From NCBI GenBank assembly GCA_030141605.1, contig JAQGDQ010000052.1:434001-498000 (forward strand): a DNA stretch of 64,000 bases. Direction: 5' to 3'. The position numbers were made by a program, and so were the translations under genes. Under the pieces are notes generated by a model. That model did not search any database. It saw only the letters and a program-made list of their open reading frames with translations, and had not been told where the DNA came from. Within the stretch, counting starts at the first letter, position 1; each line of letters begins with the position of its first letter. Shown one piece after another: positions 1 to 14,400 of the stretch. The DNA is from Tubiluchus corallicola (Eukaryota; Animalia; Priapulida).

Positions 1-65
1 GATGTTCGCGTATTATTGATTACACGTGGTTTTTTACGCAAAATCTTTTGCGGGGCCTTTGCTAG
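1..65 (+). mobile_element. 3' end of a non-autonomous Helitron (truncated by window edge)
   Basis: Hairpin CGCAAAA-TC-TTTTGCG followed 9 nt later by CTAG (62-65) then T. Near-identical to 610-664. Confidence 0.65.
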
Positions 66-89
66 TCCCTTATATTAATATTCTTGGTA

Positions 90-664
90 TCTTAATATAT
101 ATATATATATAAGATTCGAGGCTACAGCCCGGACGAGGGCACCATTTGCGGCGATCTATATATCAAACGAAAGGTCTCCATCTAGTGTCGTGCCATTGAT
201 GGTTTATTTTTCGAATCGGGCCCACCGGGAGGAACGGGGGGCAAAAAACCTCCCAAAATGGCCGTTTTTCGGCCGTTTTTTGCAAAAAATTGCAAAAGTT
301 ATACGGCTGAGATGTAGAGAACGGGAACGGGCCGAGGGGGGTGCTGGGTATGGATATATAGCCCGTTCAGCGGTGGGTGTAGTAGGCATATTTAGAATTA
401 ATTAGCTGTTCTATTTTCGGCGATTTTCGCTTAGAAAACTGTTGTGACGAATTCCATTGTGCTGACGACATCCATTATTGCTTATAGCTTTAATTCAGCA
501 AAAAGCTGCTTTGCGTTAGTTAAACATACAGTAGGTACGAGTACAGGTTTTGCGTTAGGTAAGTAGGCAGGATGTTACGGGCTTTGCGTTATAAATGAGG
601 ACTGTGTAGGATGTTCGCGTGTTATTGCTTATTTACGCAAAATCTTTTGCGGGGCCTTTGCTAG
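90..664 (+). mobile_element. Non-autonomous Helitron (~575 bp)
   Basis: 5' A|TC followed by a (TA)n-rich head. 3' subterminal hairpin CGCAAAATCTTTTGCG then CTAG|T (661-665). No TSD. Internal degenerate repeat TTTGCGTTA...GTAGG at ~510, 549 and 583. Confidence 0.7.
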
Positions 665-1664
665 TCCCATTACTAATCTCGCATGAACCGCACTATTGCT
701 ATTATTTTTGGTCCGCGCATTCTTGATTCCAAGATTTCTCTTGTAGGTACCTTTTCTTGAACAGACCTCTAAAATAATGTAACGCTTTAAAGACTTGAGG
801 AGTACATTAGGCAATGTAGCATCACACATCACTGACATCAATGGTTCGGACATCTCGTAACACTGTACCGTAGTGCTTCCGCCCATGTCTGTACTGCATA
901 ATTTCAGTTATTGCAGTTGTTTAAGCAATTCTGAGTTGTAGACAAGTGAAAACAAACATATAAAGAGAGTGGTGCTGTTCAGAGCTAATGTAAAGCATTT
1001 AATTTCTAAGACTGTGCACAGCGAAATGCCATTTATTATAAAGACAAGTTTTTATATAAAAAAGCGTAACTTACATTTTTGAAAGTTCCTTCAGGCAGGT
1101 GTTTTCCTCTAGTGACGTAACATCTAGTTTCCACTAGTTTTGTTGCTGAAGCAAAAAATATATTAAAAGCTATCTGATTTGATAAATATTTCGTTAAAGT
1201 AACTAATTATAGTACAGAATTTCGCTAATCAAAACTTGTATATATAAGGCAACTGCTATCTAAATAAGATCTCCAATTTACTGCTTTCATGGATCCTTCG
1301 CCCAAAACTCTCTCTACGTAGTAAGAATTTTAAAGCAGTTGCTGTTTTTATTTCAAAATTAACCTAGTTCAATGGAAAGCATTATTAAGTCCAAAACTGT
1401 ATAAATGTAAGAATATTGAAAGATGAAGGTTAAGTTTCAAAATTCAAAGCAGTTTCTCCTTGAGTTTCAACCGTCTCACATTTATAAAACAGCTGTTTCA
1501 AAGGGCGTCGCTTCATCAGTCTTTGCATAAATTGTAGGCTACGTAAAGTAATTTTATAGTAGAAGCCTATCTCAAAAAAGTTATTTATTTAAAGTGGGCT
1601 TTGGGTTAACAATTAACGTTAGCTCAAAGAGCTATTATCGCCGACTGTAAATAACAACTTACAA

Positions 1665-1834
1665 CTACATAACAGAGACTATTATTACCACACTTTTACC
1701 CTAAATACCACGCGTCAGGCAGGGCAACAGCAGGTACCATTTTTAAAGTGTTTGGTATGACCCGGCCACTGGTTCGAACTCACGACCTCCCAAACGGAAA
1801 GCAGACGCATTACCACTACACTAAACCGTCTGGT
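1665..1834 (-). mobile_element. tRNA-derived SINE
   Basis: Minus strand has an A-box-like TAGTGTAGTGG and B-box GAGTTCGAACC, followed by GGCCGGGTCATACCAAACACTTTAAAAATGGTACCTGCTG, which resembles a widespread metazoan SINE core (from memory, MetaSINE-like). Confidence 0.75.
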
Positions 1835-3495
1835 AACACAAGCAAATATTTTTTTTTAAATTAAACGGCGTTTTTACATTACCAGATTGGCTGCTGCTTA
1901 TGATGTCCATGTCAAAGCCCTGCTCCAGTCCTCCTCTCGCGATCTTGTTTTACATTAAGGTTTTCCTGATTTAGTTAAATTATAGACGTTGCAATAGTCG
2001 CGTTGATTTTCAAACGTTTTCCTCGTGTTGATATGAAAGATTAAAGTTCTCTCGTTTGATCTCTATCCTAATGGCTCAGAAACAGCTGCAGCAGAATAGC
2101 AAGACTGGGTTTTTTTACTCTAAAAAGCATTTTAACTGATATTAAAGAAATATCAGTTAGCAGCATGCGTCGCGGACATCAAAATGCTGTAAAACATAGC
2201 AAGCTTCGTCGACATCTTTTACTGTCTCTGTAAACTACAGCAAAATTACTTGTGGGAATAGAGAATTTTCATCTTTGCATGTGTATTGCGTCTGTTATAA
2301 GACTGCTCCAGGTTTATGATTTCATGCACATTAATGTAATAACTTTTTGTGTAGTATAGTACGTTCCAAGCGTTTTATCGGCGTGCTATTGCTACGTCAT
2401 TACATTGTACCTCAATCTTAAGCGAAAGCTGTAGAATACTACAGAAAAGGCGTAACCTATAGAATAATCATTATCACGACTTTTGTGGCCATTTTTTTAA
2501 AGAAGCTGTGTGTTTTACAAATAATAATTGCTTCTTGCGGAACTGTGTATGGGATTTCTATTAAAAGACATCGTTACTGACACATTTTTCAACACCGATT
2601 ATTGCCACACCTTAGCAGTATATCAGAAAAAAGTTGGAAAATAATGATTGATGTTCGCTTAGCACCACAATGCAAGTGAGTGTTTTTGTTATTTTCATCT
2701 ATACGATAAACTTGAATTTACTGCTTTAATTTTACTACCCAAAAGCCAAGCTAACGTATTACACTTAACGCTCTTGAGAAGCTAAGAGCGAACGAAATTC
2801 CTATTCTCTGTGTAACAGTATACGTCCATGATGGGTATTACTATAATAGTATTCTATTTCTTTTTTGCTGAAAAGTTCAGTAAAATAGCCTTAAAACATT
2901 AAAATAGTTAGGTGGAAGCTAAAACTCTAGACATATCTTCTTAACTTTGCCAGGATCACCACAAAAAAGTCCCAAAAATTGCCTTTGCTTGTTGTGAAAT
3001 ACACATGGCACATGCTAACCAGCCTTGGCTTCCCTGAGACAAGACTTGCCAAACAAAGGTTTCTAAGCCACTAAGAGAGTTGATCAAATCTTGTAACAAG
3101 TTCTCTTAAAAACACCAGAAAAGCATTAGTGGAGCCATATAAAGTCAAAAATTTCCAAAGGTTTTGATCTGGGCAACCATAAAGGCATTTAAGGTAGTTT
3201 CTGGCAATTTTTATAGCTATAAAATGGCTGTACTCACACTGATAACTAAGACTCGCAAAATTAAAACTTTGCAGAGTATTTTTATTACACAAGCAAAATC
3301 CTTTTTCTCAAATGACTCGGTATGACTTCCATATGGTAGATGAGTAAACAACGTGTAATAGCAGCGTATAACATGCATTGAAATTTATTGCGAAACGCTT
3401 TATATCATTTATATATAATTTAAACATTTATATTTATAACACTGCCAATAAACGGTGCATTTATGAATACATTCCTGTCTCTAAGCATCCGCCTT

Positions 3496-3600
3496 ATATA
3501 TATATATATATATAATATAGTGGTATATATATATAATAATATAGTCTATCTATATATATATATATATAGATAGATAGATAAAATCTTTATTTGCCATAAA
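3496..3600. repeat. (TA)n/(TAGA)n microsatellite, possibly the 3' tail of a minus-strand LINE
   Basis: Interrupted TA runs and TAGA repeats. Minus strand reads GGCAAATAAAGATTT followed by (TATC)n, like a LINE 3' terminus. Confidence 0.5.
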
Positions 3601-6600
3601 AAATCGATATTCATAACTATAAAAGCATAAAAGAACATCACAGCATGAGAATAAAATTCACATTAAGCAGGTAGCAAAACGGTACATGTATATCAGTAAC
3701 AAACAATCGCCCATACTTATCACAATCAAACATGTGCTAAATTTGAATTATCAAGCCAATTATTGAACATAGTAATAACAGACGAGAATAGCTGCTTCAA
3801 GTCAAACGAAGCATGCATGCATGCATCACTTGCCTTAGCAATGCAACAGCTTAGCAGCTCTGAGACAGGATGGTGAAAGTTGCTTCTCTTACATTATTAT
3901 CATTTTACTATCGATAATGTCAGCTCGAGGGGCTTCACTATAGTCAGTAAATGGTAAATGCTTAGAGGTCATAGTAATTGCCAAGAAGAAACATTTTTTG
4001 GAAACTATTTTCACTTTCTTTACCAAAACCATTCTAGGTCATTAACTCGCACACGTCAGGAGGAAAACCGTATGAAAAAGCCGTCAATGTTTCGGGATTT
4101 TTCGGGATATGCTTAACAAGATTTTTGTAAACTTCTAGCTTTCACGCAATTATTTTGATTTTTTCTCTTTTAGACTTGACTATGCTGTGAGTTAAGGTAT
4201 TAATATAAAACAGATACATTTTGAAAAAACATGAAACAGTAAACGAATTAGTTCTTCAGAAACATATATTTACTAAGTTCTCGATAATTATAAGCACAAC
4301 ACATTATAAGGATCTTCGAGAACGAACAGTGATTTTAAAATTTTGCAGGTTTACTCATGCATACAACAGGTAATGTAACTATGGTTGTTTGTGCTTACGT
4401 GTACTTACAGGTTTTATTAGCACATTACCTGTATCCTGCAACTTGTAAATGCCATCCCGGTGTCCGGAAAACCTAAAACAACTGTTCAAAGAAGTTACTT
4501 TATACTTAAATTTTAAAAAGATAAACAATTGAACAGCCACCAGTCCCAAGTGGCATTAAGCGAGAATCTGAAACAGCATTTTAGCAAAAATTCTAAAATG
4601 CATACTATTCAGAAATAGCAAAATTCTCACGTCATTCCCTATTCATCAAACCACGCTGCTTTAAATCTAACCAATATCTGTCAAAATTGGTGATGAGAGT
4701 TACAAAAACTTTAATGGTCGACTGCCCTGTGTAAAGTGATTTTCGACGATGGCTCTGCTACATTTTTACAATTTGTCATGTTTGTTCGGTTGCCATGGTT
4801 TTTGTACAGTTCTCTTTTGTACTGGTTAATAGCCCTCTTTCCGCCGTTGAATTCTTTCATTCAACTCTTGGCTTCTCTTGGATTCTAACAAGGTGAAAAT
4901 GGAAATATCAAAGTCTAAAGTGTTAGATGTTTTTGAAGCCAACTGACATGTGGATAATAAATTTGACGTGGCAGGAAGGGTCTCTGCATTTGTTACAAGA
5001 TTGATTTTCCCAGTATTCTTGTTGTTTTGCAATATAGCAAAGTGAGAACAGTGTGAGAAGATAAAATGACTTTAACATTGTCTTACCAGAATCATTTCAT
5101 TTAACTCCTTTAATATCTAAATATCCAGATTACTACCTAAATATCAGTCTTTTAATGTCTAAGATAATAAAAAATTAGCATCATTTTAACTTTTAGCAGT
5201 TTGACTTCGTTTATTTACTTATTTCTGTCACCTAAGAATGAAATTCTGTACGAATTAATAACGATTTTACTTACCACTTTTTATTGGACAGGAATCGGGT
5301 TTGTAACAAAATTATTGATTAAGCGAATATTGAGAATTGGATATGAATGAGGGAGTGAGGGAGGAAATTTCTATTTCAAGAACTGTAGATGTTTAACATG
5401 CAAAACAATTGTATCCAATTACGTGGAATTAAGTGAAAATTTCTATTGTTAAATCTTTCGCGATGGCATTAAATAAACGGATGAAGAAGCTTAAGGCTTT
5501 AAGTGGTCTTCAAACAGCAAGATGTAACAGAGTTGACCCGAAACCAGAATCTGACCAGAAACCGGACAATAGGCCTTCCATGGTAATTGATATGACCACG
5601 TGAAATTATATTAGATTTTTGATAAATTATGAAGCGAAGTACTTTCTTCAAAACAATTTTATTGTGGTATTTGCTGGCAATATGAGCTACCATAGCCATC
5701 TGGAAAATCACCTGGAGGCACTTGTACTGTTCGAAGCTCAATTTTCAGATTGGTCAGTCGGTTGGTCAACTAATCCCAATCAATCGGCAGCAGCACATAA
5801 AACTCAAGCTGAGTCGAGTTTATCAGGCGTCTATTGACTTAAACTTATTACTCCTTAAAAACCTAATTTAAAAACTATGGCGTTTTACGAGCGTAATATA
5901 ACTTGCTTAATAGCTGCACAAAATTACACTAGATTTATGGTTAGGGAGCAGCGAATCTGATTGAAAATTAAGACTCCAGATTATTTGTTAAACAAGTGCG
6001 AAATGAAGCTAAACTGTTATCCAACTTAAACTGTCACCATAGGTAAGATTTGGACGGCGAGTCTGTTAGTTAACGTATTCATCTAGAAACGCTTAATTAT
6101 CCATTTAATGTACGAAAGTTTTTATGCTGATTCACGGTTACACTACAGGTCTCAGGCAACTTTGCTGGTTGTCAAATCTCTATAAGCAATGTAAACAACT
6201 CTCTCAAATTGAGCCTTTCGGTCAATTATATGCGCTAGTCATAAGCTGCAATTAAGATTACACAACTGAAATAATAATCCGTTCAATACAGTTTCAAACA
6301 ACGGTAAGTTGCTTAAGTAAGCCAGGTAAGCGCTAGTGAACAGACGGTTAACCGATGATTGACAAAACCTACACCCAACCAACTTATCGACTAGGCATAA
6401 AAAATATGCATGACATTTTTTAATTAAAGCGCTCTCGTTAGTTTCTTAAACAATTATGTTTTTGGATAAAATTTTTCAAATTTCTAAACACATTTAGGTT
6501 TTTATATTTATAGACGCACATTGAGCTTAGTTCCTGTCTGCAAGTTTCGCTGACATTCACACCCATTTAAATGTAAATGAAGCTGTTATCCACGAGTTAG

Positions 6601-8659
6601 TAGGTTCACTTCACGCAAGTTGATTGGAAGAGACAACAGATAGGTGGCGTACTTTTAATGAACATGTTACTGCATTTGTTGTTCAAAATGTGCAGTTCCA
6701 GAAGATACTACTGCTAAAAATAATGCATGTAGTTTTTCAAAAAAAAAAAACGGGAAGCTGTAGTCTGCGACGTATAAAACAATCCCTTTTCCTAAATAAT
6801 AGTTGTAGCAGTGACAACATCTTAGTTAATTTACTGATAATGGTAATAATATTTTATAATGAATATAGAGCATAAATAAAAATCCAAAAACAAATGTCTT
6901 GAGAAGAATTAACAGCTGCATTACAGCAAATTAAAACGCGATGCGAACAAAGGAAAAAATGAAAAAAACGAAACAAGGAAAGTGACATAAAGCAGTGCGA
7001 TACAAATAAATCATATAAACAGCAATGACATTTAGTACCTTCTTCTTCAAAGATTTTTAGAGCATCATAAATCAAACTAACCAATTTCTTTTTCGCAACA
7101 GAAACAAATGTATTAAGCTTACTCATTTTAGGTTCTTCATAGGTCGCACAATGAGTTTATGCCAATTTCATCCCTGGATTTGCCATTAAAAAATAAGCGC
7201 GTGCTGAGGCCTCAGAGAAAGAGGGCGGCCCTCACACAATTTTTTTCAATAGAAAACTTGTATAATTACCGAAGAGTAAAACTATATACTGGAATATGTA
7301 TGGCGGTTTCTGTGTTTGTTTGCAATAGGCCTACATGATGGCACGGATGGGCATTGAGATTGTACCCAATTCACATGTAGATGTGCTGAATGGCTGTACC
7401 TTTATAAGATTTAGAGTTGTCTCGGCATTTTTAATCTAATGTCAGTTTTTATGCAATGCAAAGCTGATACCCTAACTATTACTATAAATAAATTCTACTG
7501 ACAGTTTTTTATTTCGAAAGAAAAAATTTCATTCTGCGGTTTAGTATTGTTTTAATTCTGAATTACACATGAGAGTACCATAATCTCTTCAGTGTTAAGG
7601 ATTTCTTGAGTTTTAATCCGGCCTTGGTCAATTTGTTTATGTTTTTTGTCAGTTATAAAATAGTACCAGTACTAGGTAGGTCCTAGGATAATCCATTTGG
7701 CAAGTTGCAAAGGCTTAACTACTTGAGCCTTAAAAGGGCAAACTCCATCACCTCCCATAAATTGGAAGCTTCTGCCCTCCCCCCTCCTCCTGCTTCCTAA
7801 ATTAGGAAATTAAGATCGTTTCATAACTATGAAACTTTTCGCCCGTGCAGCAGCTATTCCCAATGTAAACTTGATTAAGATTAATGGCATGTAGTTTAGA
7901 ACTGATTTGAATACTTAAAGTTAACCAGTAAATTTCCAATCTCATTTTGGTTAGCAGTTCTCGGTCACAGTTAGTTCTGCTAATAATGCCAATATAATCG
8001 CAACAAAAAAAATAAACTCTAATCAAAGTGACAATAGCGCAGTAGCCAAACCAATTAACTACGTACGTTTCTAGAATCAACGCTGCACATCTACAACTCA
8101 TCATATCTCCAGAAGGTATTGAAAGAATTTGACACATCTAATATTTTTTTCAGATGCTTAAACCACAGTAATCGTAACTGCTACGTAGTTCAGCCAAAGA
8201 TTTTTAAAAGAATGTCAAAACTATTTCTTTAACACGTCACCATGTTAAGTGCTTCCGTATGCAACACGGCACCACTTTGATTTCATGTTCCCCTATCTGC
8301 TGCCATATGCCAAGCATCTACATCGTTTAAGTCAAGTGGAATATTTCTATATATTTTTGATATATATTTGATAAGTTTGATATATATTTAATAATAATAG
8401 TGCTAATGTAATGTTGTAGTAAGAGAAGAATCTTATGGTGACATATCCATTCAATCTAAGGCGACGCTTTTGTTTGAGTCACTCCATTCATTCTTGTGTG
8501 TTAAATTATATAGATCATGGCTCGAAGTTATCTTCGGCCATTTTTTACCCAACATCCGTACAGAGGCTTAGGGAGGCGTTGGTTTCATTTTCTGGTTAGT
8601 TTTGACTGTTAACAATTCAAAATTAAACAAGAATATAAACTAAACGAATGATGACAAAA

Positions 8660-8940
8660 ATTATGCAGTTTCTGTGGTGAGATTCGCATCTTCAAAGATG
8701 TTTGTTAGGTTACAATATGCAGCAGCCAATGTTTTTCTGTATGCTACCTCAGCTTCTGCTTCAGGCCCTAGTAAACTACTCAGATATTCGGATTTTTTGC
8801 AAGAAGTATGATCACCACACTGTATTACTATTATTCTGTCTTGGTGTCATTTGTCTTCTGACTGAAATTTCATAGACGCTTGGCTCCATCTTCTTTCACA
8901 ATTTCCATTTCGTCAATGCTATTTGCTGCCTATGGTTTGA
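8660..8940 (-). pseudogene. Highly decayed RTE-like LINE fragment (region C-terminal to RT)
   Basis: Minus translation SEYLSSLLGPEAEAEVAYRKTLAAAYCNLTNIFEDANLTTET resembles the RTE consensus FKYLGS...EIKRRIA.A..AF..L..IW....I. Stops present. Confidence 0.35.
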
Positions 8941-9949
8941 TCAACAACTAAATAATAATATGGCACATCTTTACGTTATAATTATGTGCATGCTGTGTTT
9001 GTTTCTTTACCTGTTTTCAACGTAACCACGGCGAATGATCAACCTTTCTGGGTAACTTACCAGCGAATATACCTAACCGCCACTTTCTGCGCATACAAAA
9101 CGTACTTAAAGCACTTCTTGTAAACAAAAAACCAATCGAATAATCAAAATATTAACAATTCTTAACATCTACTATTCTGAGGCTCACAAGGTTTTCAGTG
9201 TTCTAATTTCATATACTCAAACTGAACGTGTCGTTTTCTTTACTAGTGTCAAGGTGACACATATTATGAATTATAAAATGCAGACACCCACAAATTTGCA
9301 AAACGCTTATTTTATGCAAAAATATTTAAGACGTACAGACCTTTAAGGGCGGATATTGCATAATGCTCACATGTATTTTAATTTCCTGCATGTTTAACGA
9401 CCTCGGGTTAATAATAATGCTTGACAATATAACGCAAAACGTGTAATTACCCAAGATGTCCATTAAAATATCAAGAGTTATTACAGCCCCGTATAGAACA
9501 GTGCATAAAAGACTAAAAGCCTGCAGCACATTAAAATCCAGTTTAAAAATACAGACAGCAAAAAGAGAAATGTGGCATGTATTTATAGTCTAAGTAATAT
9601 TCACCCTCAAACGTAATAGCAGTTACTCTTAAATTCTTAAATTCAAATATTAGCAATATTCAACAGTCTCCTGACTCCTCAAAATATCTTGCCATCGTCA
9701 AAGCTCATGCTACATTAAGTAATTAAGCATTTTATTTAAGTCTCGCCTGCCCCTACAAAGTATTTGTGGACGATAAAAGCACAAATCAACGTTAAAAAGC
9801 GGTCACTCACTACTGAGTTATGAAAGACAGACATATTATGTCATAACAACATGTTAATTAGTTGCACGTTTTAAACGTGCATTTACTAATATTAGTCATT
9901 TTTCAAAAAGAACACAAATTTATCATTGTCATTTAAATCAATAAAACCT

Positions 9950-10935
9950 ATATGAAATATATTTATATTTGTCACATAATTCATCCCTAATGTCGGTATA
10001 AATATATCACTCCATCAGGAAATGAAATACTGATTCAAATGCACCCATATCACGCAGTTGGGAATACCTATATACCAGTGATACTACCCAGTTTCAAGTT
10101 TATTGGAGCCACAGCACAACGGAACTTAGCTAAAGCACGTCTTTGGCTTTAGTGACATGTACATTTTGTATTGAACAGTTCCAAGCTCTTGCTTAGAGCC
10201 TACACGTATGAAGCTTATTCCAGGTCTGACCAGAAGAGGTTTGCATTGTTTTCAAATTCTGGCTCCACTATTGGATATACTATTCGTTAACTTTCTTGTT
10301 AAATAATGACAGAAACATCTTTCTGTTAAAGTTGTAACCGGTAAAAAATTGATTGCTAGTAAGTCTATTTTTCTACAAAATTCAATAAATTCAAATATAT
10401 TGTTTCTGACGCCAACTAAAGCGCACGTACGGGGCCAATTGGAAAACTTTAGCCTTTAATATGCTATCAACAGCCACTACACATAGCCGATTAAACTGTC
10501 TTCCTACAACACACCTTTGCCTAGATGAGGATAATCGCCAACGTAAATCAGCGTTTACAATCTTGCTTGGCGTGTATCGTTCAACGCCCAAGAAAAACGA
10601 CCTGCTCTGTGTTGCACTTTCTTGATACCACTAAATTCTTTTTATCCCGTAATAGCGGAACCACTTTTAAGTCATGTGTACCACATTTAAAGTTATTCTG
10701 GGAACGAGGCCTGCTTGAACCTTTTCTAAAGTGCACAACCTGTTTTTTCAGGTTTAATTACATGACGCCATATTTAACTCCATATGGAAAAAATCCAACA
10801 TTAAATGAAGTTTCCTCTGGTCCCAGCGACGAGAAGTGCATCATCTGCATTCAGAAGTATACTCACTCAGAGCCCAAATTGATGCCTATATTCATAACAT
10901 TTATCTCACATATAAGATCGTCAACGTAAGGTGTT
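9950..10935 (-). pseudogene. 5'-truncated, decayed non-LTR retrotransposon (RTE-X-like) RT C-terminal half
   Basis: Frameshifted minus translation gives YVDDLICEINVMNIGINLG..ILLNADDALLVA (YADD motif), VVHFRK..FKCG, KVQHRAGRF/FLGVERYTPSKIVNADLRW, SQRRALAKFRCAVAPINLETG and ESVFHFLME. These are collinear with the RTE-X ORF2 C-terminus. Confidence 0.8.
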
Positions 10936-11173
10936 ACATAAGCGATACGACAACAAACAACGTCGAACTAGCAAGACATTACACCATTTTCGTTTTACAC
11001 GACATTGTACCTTTTCATACGGCAACTATAGTGTGTTCACAAATTTTGAACCACAAGAGGGGACATAGCAATATAGCAATATATTCACATTGCTTGCTAA
11101 TCGTGTTAATTCATGTTGTTTTGCTTGTTGATCTGTTTGTTTATTTGATGTGATTGTATCGCGAGTACGAATA

Positions 11174-11178
<5 letters not shown>

Positions 11179-11240
<62 letters not shown>
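11179..11240. repeat. (TA)31 microsatellite
   Basis: Perfect TA run. Confidence 0.97.
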
Positions 11241-11242
<2 letters not shown>

Positions 11243-11374
11243 CTGTTTCCTACAGGTTTCAATAATTTGTGTTAAGGAGCTCAGATGATTCACGCCACGC
11301 AGTTTATTTTGCTATTCAACGCTTAAATTGTACAGCTAAATTTTTGACATATTTGCGCAAGTTAGTATCACATT

Positions 11375-11430
11375 TGTGGAGACTCGAACCGAGCACACGC
11401 TACATTTGAACAGCGCTTATTCGCCTTGGT
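11375..11430 (-). mobile_element. Degenerate tRNA-like SINE head
   Basis: Minus strand has B-box-like GGTTCGAGTC. Plus-strand CTCGAACC..GCTACATT..AACAGC is similar to 30539-30585. Confidence 0.35.
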
Positions 11431-14400
11431 TCAATACTTGTTCTGGGAAGTCCTCGTTACACTAAGTCGACTGAGATGGTTTTGCCAGTTCAGTGACTCG
11501 TTTTAAAGGGATATCCTTACTAACGAGTAGGATTCCGGTCACGCCACAAATATCACGTTAAGCAGACCTGCCACTGAATGGCGGTTTCACGCTTACAGTG
11601 TACCGAAGTCTATAAAACAAAAAAGTTTGTATCATCGCTTGAATTTTTTGGTGCTTTTGTTTGAAAAAATCGTGTTACGTTTTTGCCTAGTAGCACACAA
11701 AAGCTCGTACAATATGGGCCTAATTATGCACGCACGAAAGAGCAAATCATATAAATCTTCACGCAACTTTAATTTTTTGCTAGCATACATTGCATTTTGC
11801 AGACCTACAAGCATGTTTGTACGTATGTCAAGTAAAAATCAAATTTATTGGTTCCAACTTTCAACTGTATGGGTTGAATAGAGTTGAAGCTCTCAAGATA
11901 TCCTTACTTCCTCCAGGGAGATCACTGATGTAATTTTCATCTTTGTCAAACTACCGCATGAACAGCAGAAGCTCACCACACGGCGGGCACAATATGCTAG
12001 TGCTTGGCTATAATTATTGTCAGTAAAGGCATACTGTTTCTATGTTCGTCCAACGATTATTATTGGAATCAGCGGAGAGTTAAAATGAAGGAAACACAAA
12101 GCAAAAGTCGCATCTATACTCGACCATTAAATGAAATCACATCAAAGACAGTTATACAAGTAATTGGTTACATGCAGTAATAATAAGCCTATATATAAAT
12201 AAGAGAGAGTACAAATAACCAAAAAAAAAACAATTGATTAAATGGGCTGACCAATAAAAATAGAAGGGCAAACGACCGCATATCTTCGAATAAACAAACT
12301 AATAGATAGAATGAAATACCACTAGATGAGTCCACGATTTTTGCGTCTCAATATATCGCAAAGTTCACAACTTCACTTTTGTGGAAATGACCTATTAAAT
12401 TTCCCGGTGAATTACTAATCAAGTACGGATGTATCAGAAGCCATACATAGTATGTAGAAAATGTCAAGAGCTATTACAGTAACTTGCGTAATATCTTCTC
12501 GCTGGTTTATGTCTTCTTGTAGTACTATTTTCACTCCATTTTCGCTGCCTAATATCTAGTGTTTCCCAATTACATGTCTTTTAGTAGACAGAAAAAAGCA
12601 GTTCGGCTTATGATTGCTTTGATACATGGTAAACAGGCACCGTTTAGTTTTTTGCTGCTTGAAATGTGCACTAACACTCTTTAAGAAATAATGTTATACT
12701 GATGTTTGTATATCATGGTTGCCAGATAATCACATCAGCAGATAGTCCTATATTGAATATGGAACGAAATGCATCTATATATTGATCGATTCCTCACAAT
12801 TGTTATAATGGTATTATAGTTCGTTTCCAGATCTATTGTTAAACTGCGTTTCCCTGTGAATAATTGATTACCTTGATTATTGAGTGAGTAGTATGGTAGT
12901 ACACTCATTTCTTTCAGTACTGGATTCTATTGCCCACTTGGCAACTTAATCTCTGTCAAACTTCTCTTATTGATGCAGCATTCTGATAACGCTTGATCCA
13001 TTCAAAGCAGAAGAATCTGATAACCGCCTACTACATTAATTAGAGATGAAATTAATCTACAGTAGCTCATATTTCAACTTCATGGACAGGTTAACGTTGG
13101 AACTTGACGTGGTAGATATCGCTTATCTAGCAGACATTTAAGAAATATTAACAGAGGCATGGGATCAGCTGTCAGCACAGTAGCTCGTGATAAGATTTAT
13201 TGCGTCGTTCGGCTTCTGTTTGTTTAAGTGAAATTACTCTCAAATCAGTTGGCTATTTGACATTTTCTCCAGAAATTATTACCGCGTCATCATTGTGCAA
13301 AAGCTGCAGTCTTGCATGTAGCAAGAAGTTGATATCAATCCCCAAAATGCCGCAAGCGTTTTCCCAAAAGGTTTTTCATATAATTGACCGTGCTGAGAAA
13401 TACTAACTGGTATTATCTCAGCTTTTATACATCTGGTGACATTTCAATAATGCGGGGAAGAATCGGCTATTAGCAAATGCGCATGTAGATTTTTCTTAGA
13501 AAGTCTTGGAAATTCTATGTGAAAAGCTTGTTTCCAAGATCTCATATTGGCTGAAGAGCGTGTTTTGATATGGTACATTAGGAAACATCATTAGTATAAT
13601 ATACCAGGCCTGTACGAGTTCGCTAACAATTTTTTGCACAATGATAGTTTTAAACAACATAGGAATACAAATAGCAATAGCAATGTTTTTTAACACAAAA
13701 ATTAATTGTTACTCACTTTAAATAAGTAATTCAAGACTAATTTCTGCCTGATCAGTTTGAAAGACATCGGTAAAAGCAAGTATACTTAGTGTGCAAAATA
13801 ATGAAATTCTTAAATCAAATAATTTTTGGTGTTCGCATTGTATAACCTTGGTGCTCAAATTGAATGCTTCTGATACAAGAACTGAATATCATTGGAGCTC
13901 AAATTAAATTACTTAGAATTATACTTAAATTGCATAACCTTGGTACGCAGAACTAGTATCAGAAATTAGCATATTGGTTATTCAGATTTGTAAATTATTT
14001 TTGTCAAGTATTCTTATTGAAGTAACCTTGAGTAAAATGAGTAATCGACTTTCTAACGTTAAGGTGATTTTAGGTGATGATCACAAAATTTGGCATTAAC
14101 ATCCTACGGATTGTTCAGCTCGAGAAACATACTCAATTTGCATATGTGATATTAATAATCTTAGGCATTGGCATTCAAATTGAAATTAATTTTAGGTGAG
14201 TTTTACTGCGTTTAGCGTGGACTAATCTGGCAGCACATTACGGCTAAATGGGTCTTGGAAAAAGTTAATTCGCCGGTTGATTTGTCAAAATAATTAATTT
14301 TTCATTGGAAGACACATTTAGCTAAATCAAATCAACCAGCAATTTGTACAAAACGTATATAAAAGCACTTGTCAACATATAGGGCGAATCCATTTTTAGG

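Noticed and set aside
629-5032. Candidate minus-strand exons (~750-890, ~1882-1945, ~4720-4890)
   Set aside because: No recognisable domain, weak splice signals, and no coherent gene model could be assembled.
10525-10929. 134-aa Cys-rich plus-strand ORF
   Set aside because: It is the antisense shadow of the decayed RTE-X-like LINE.
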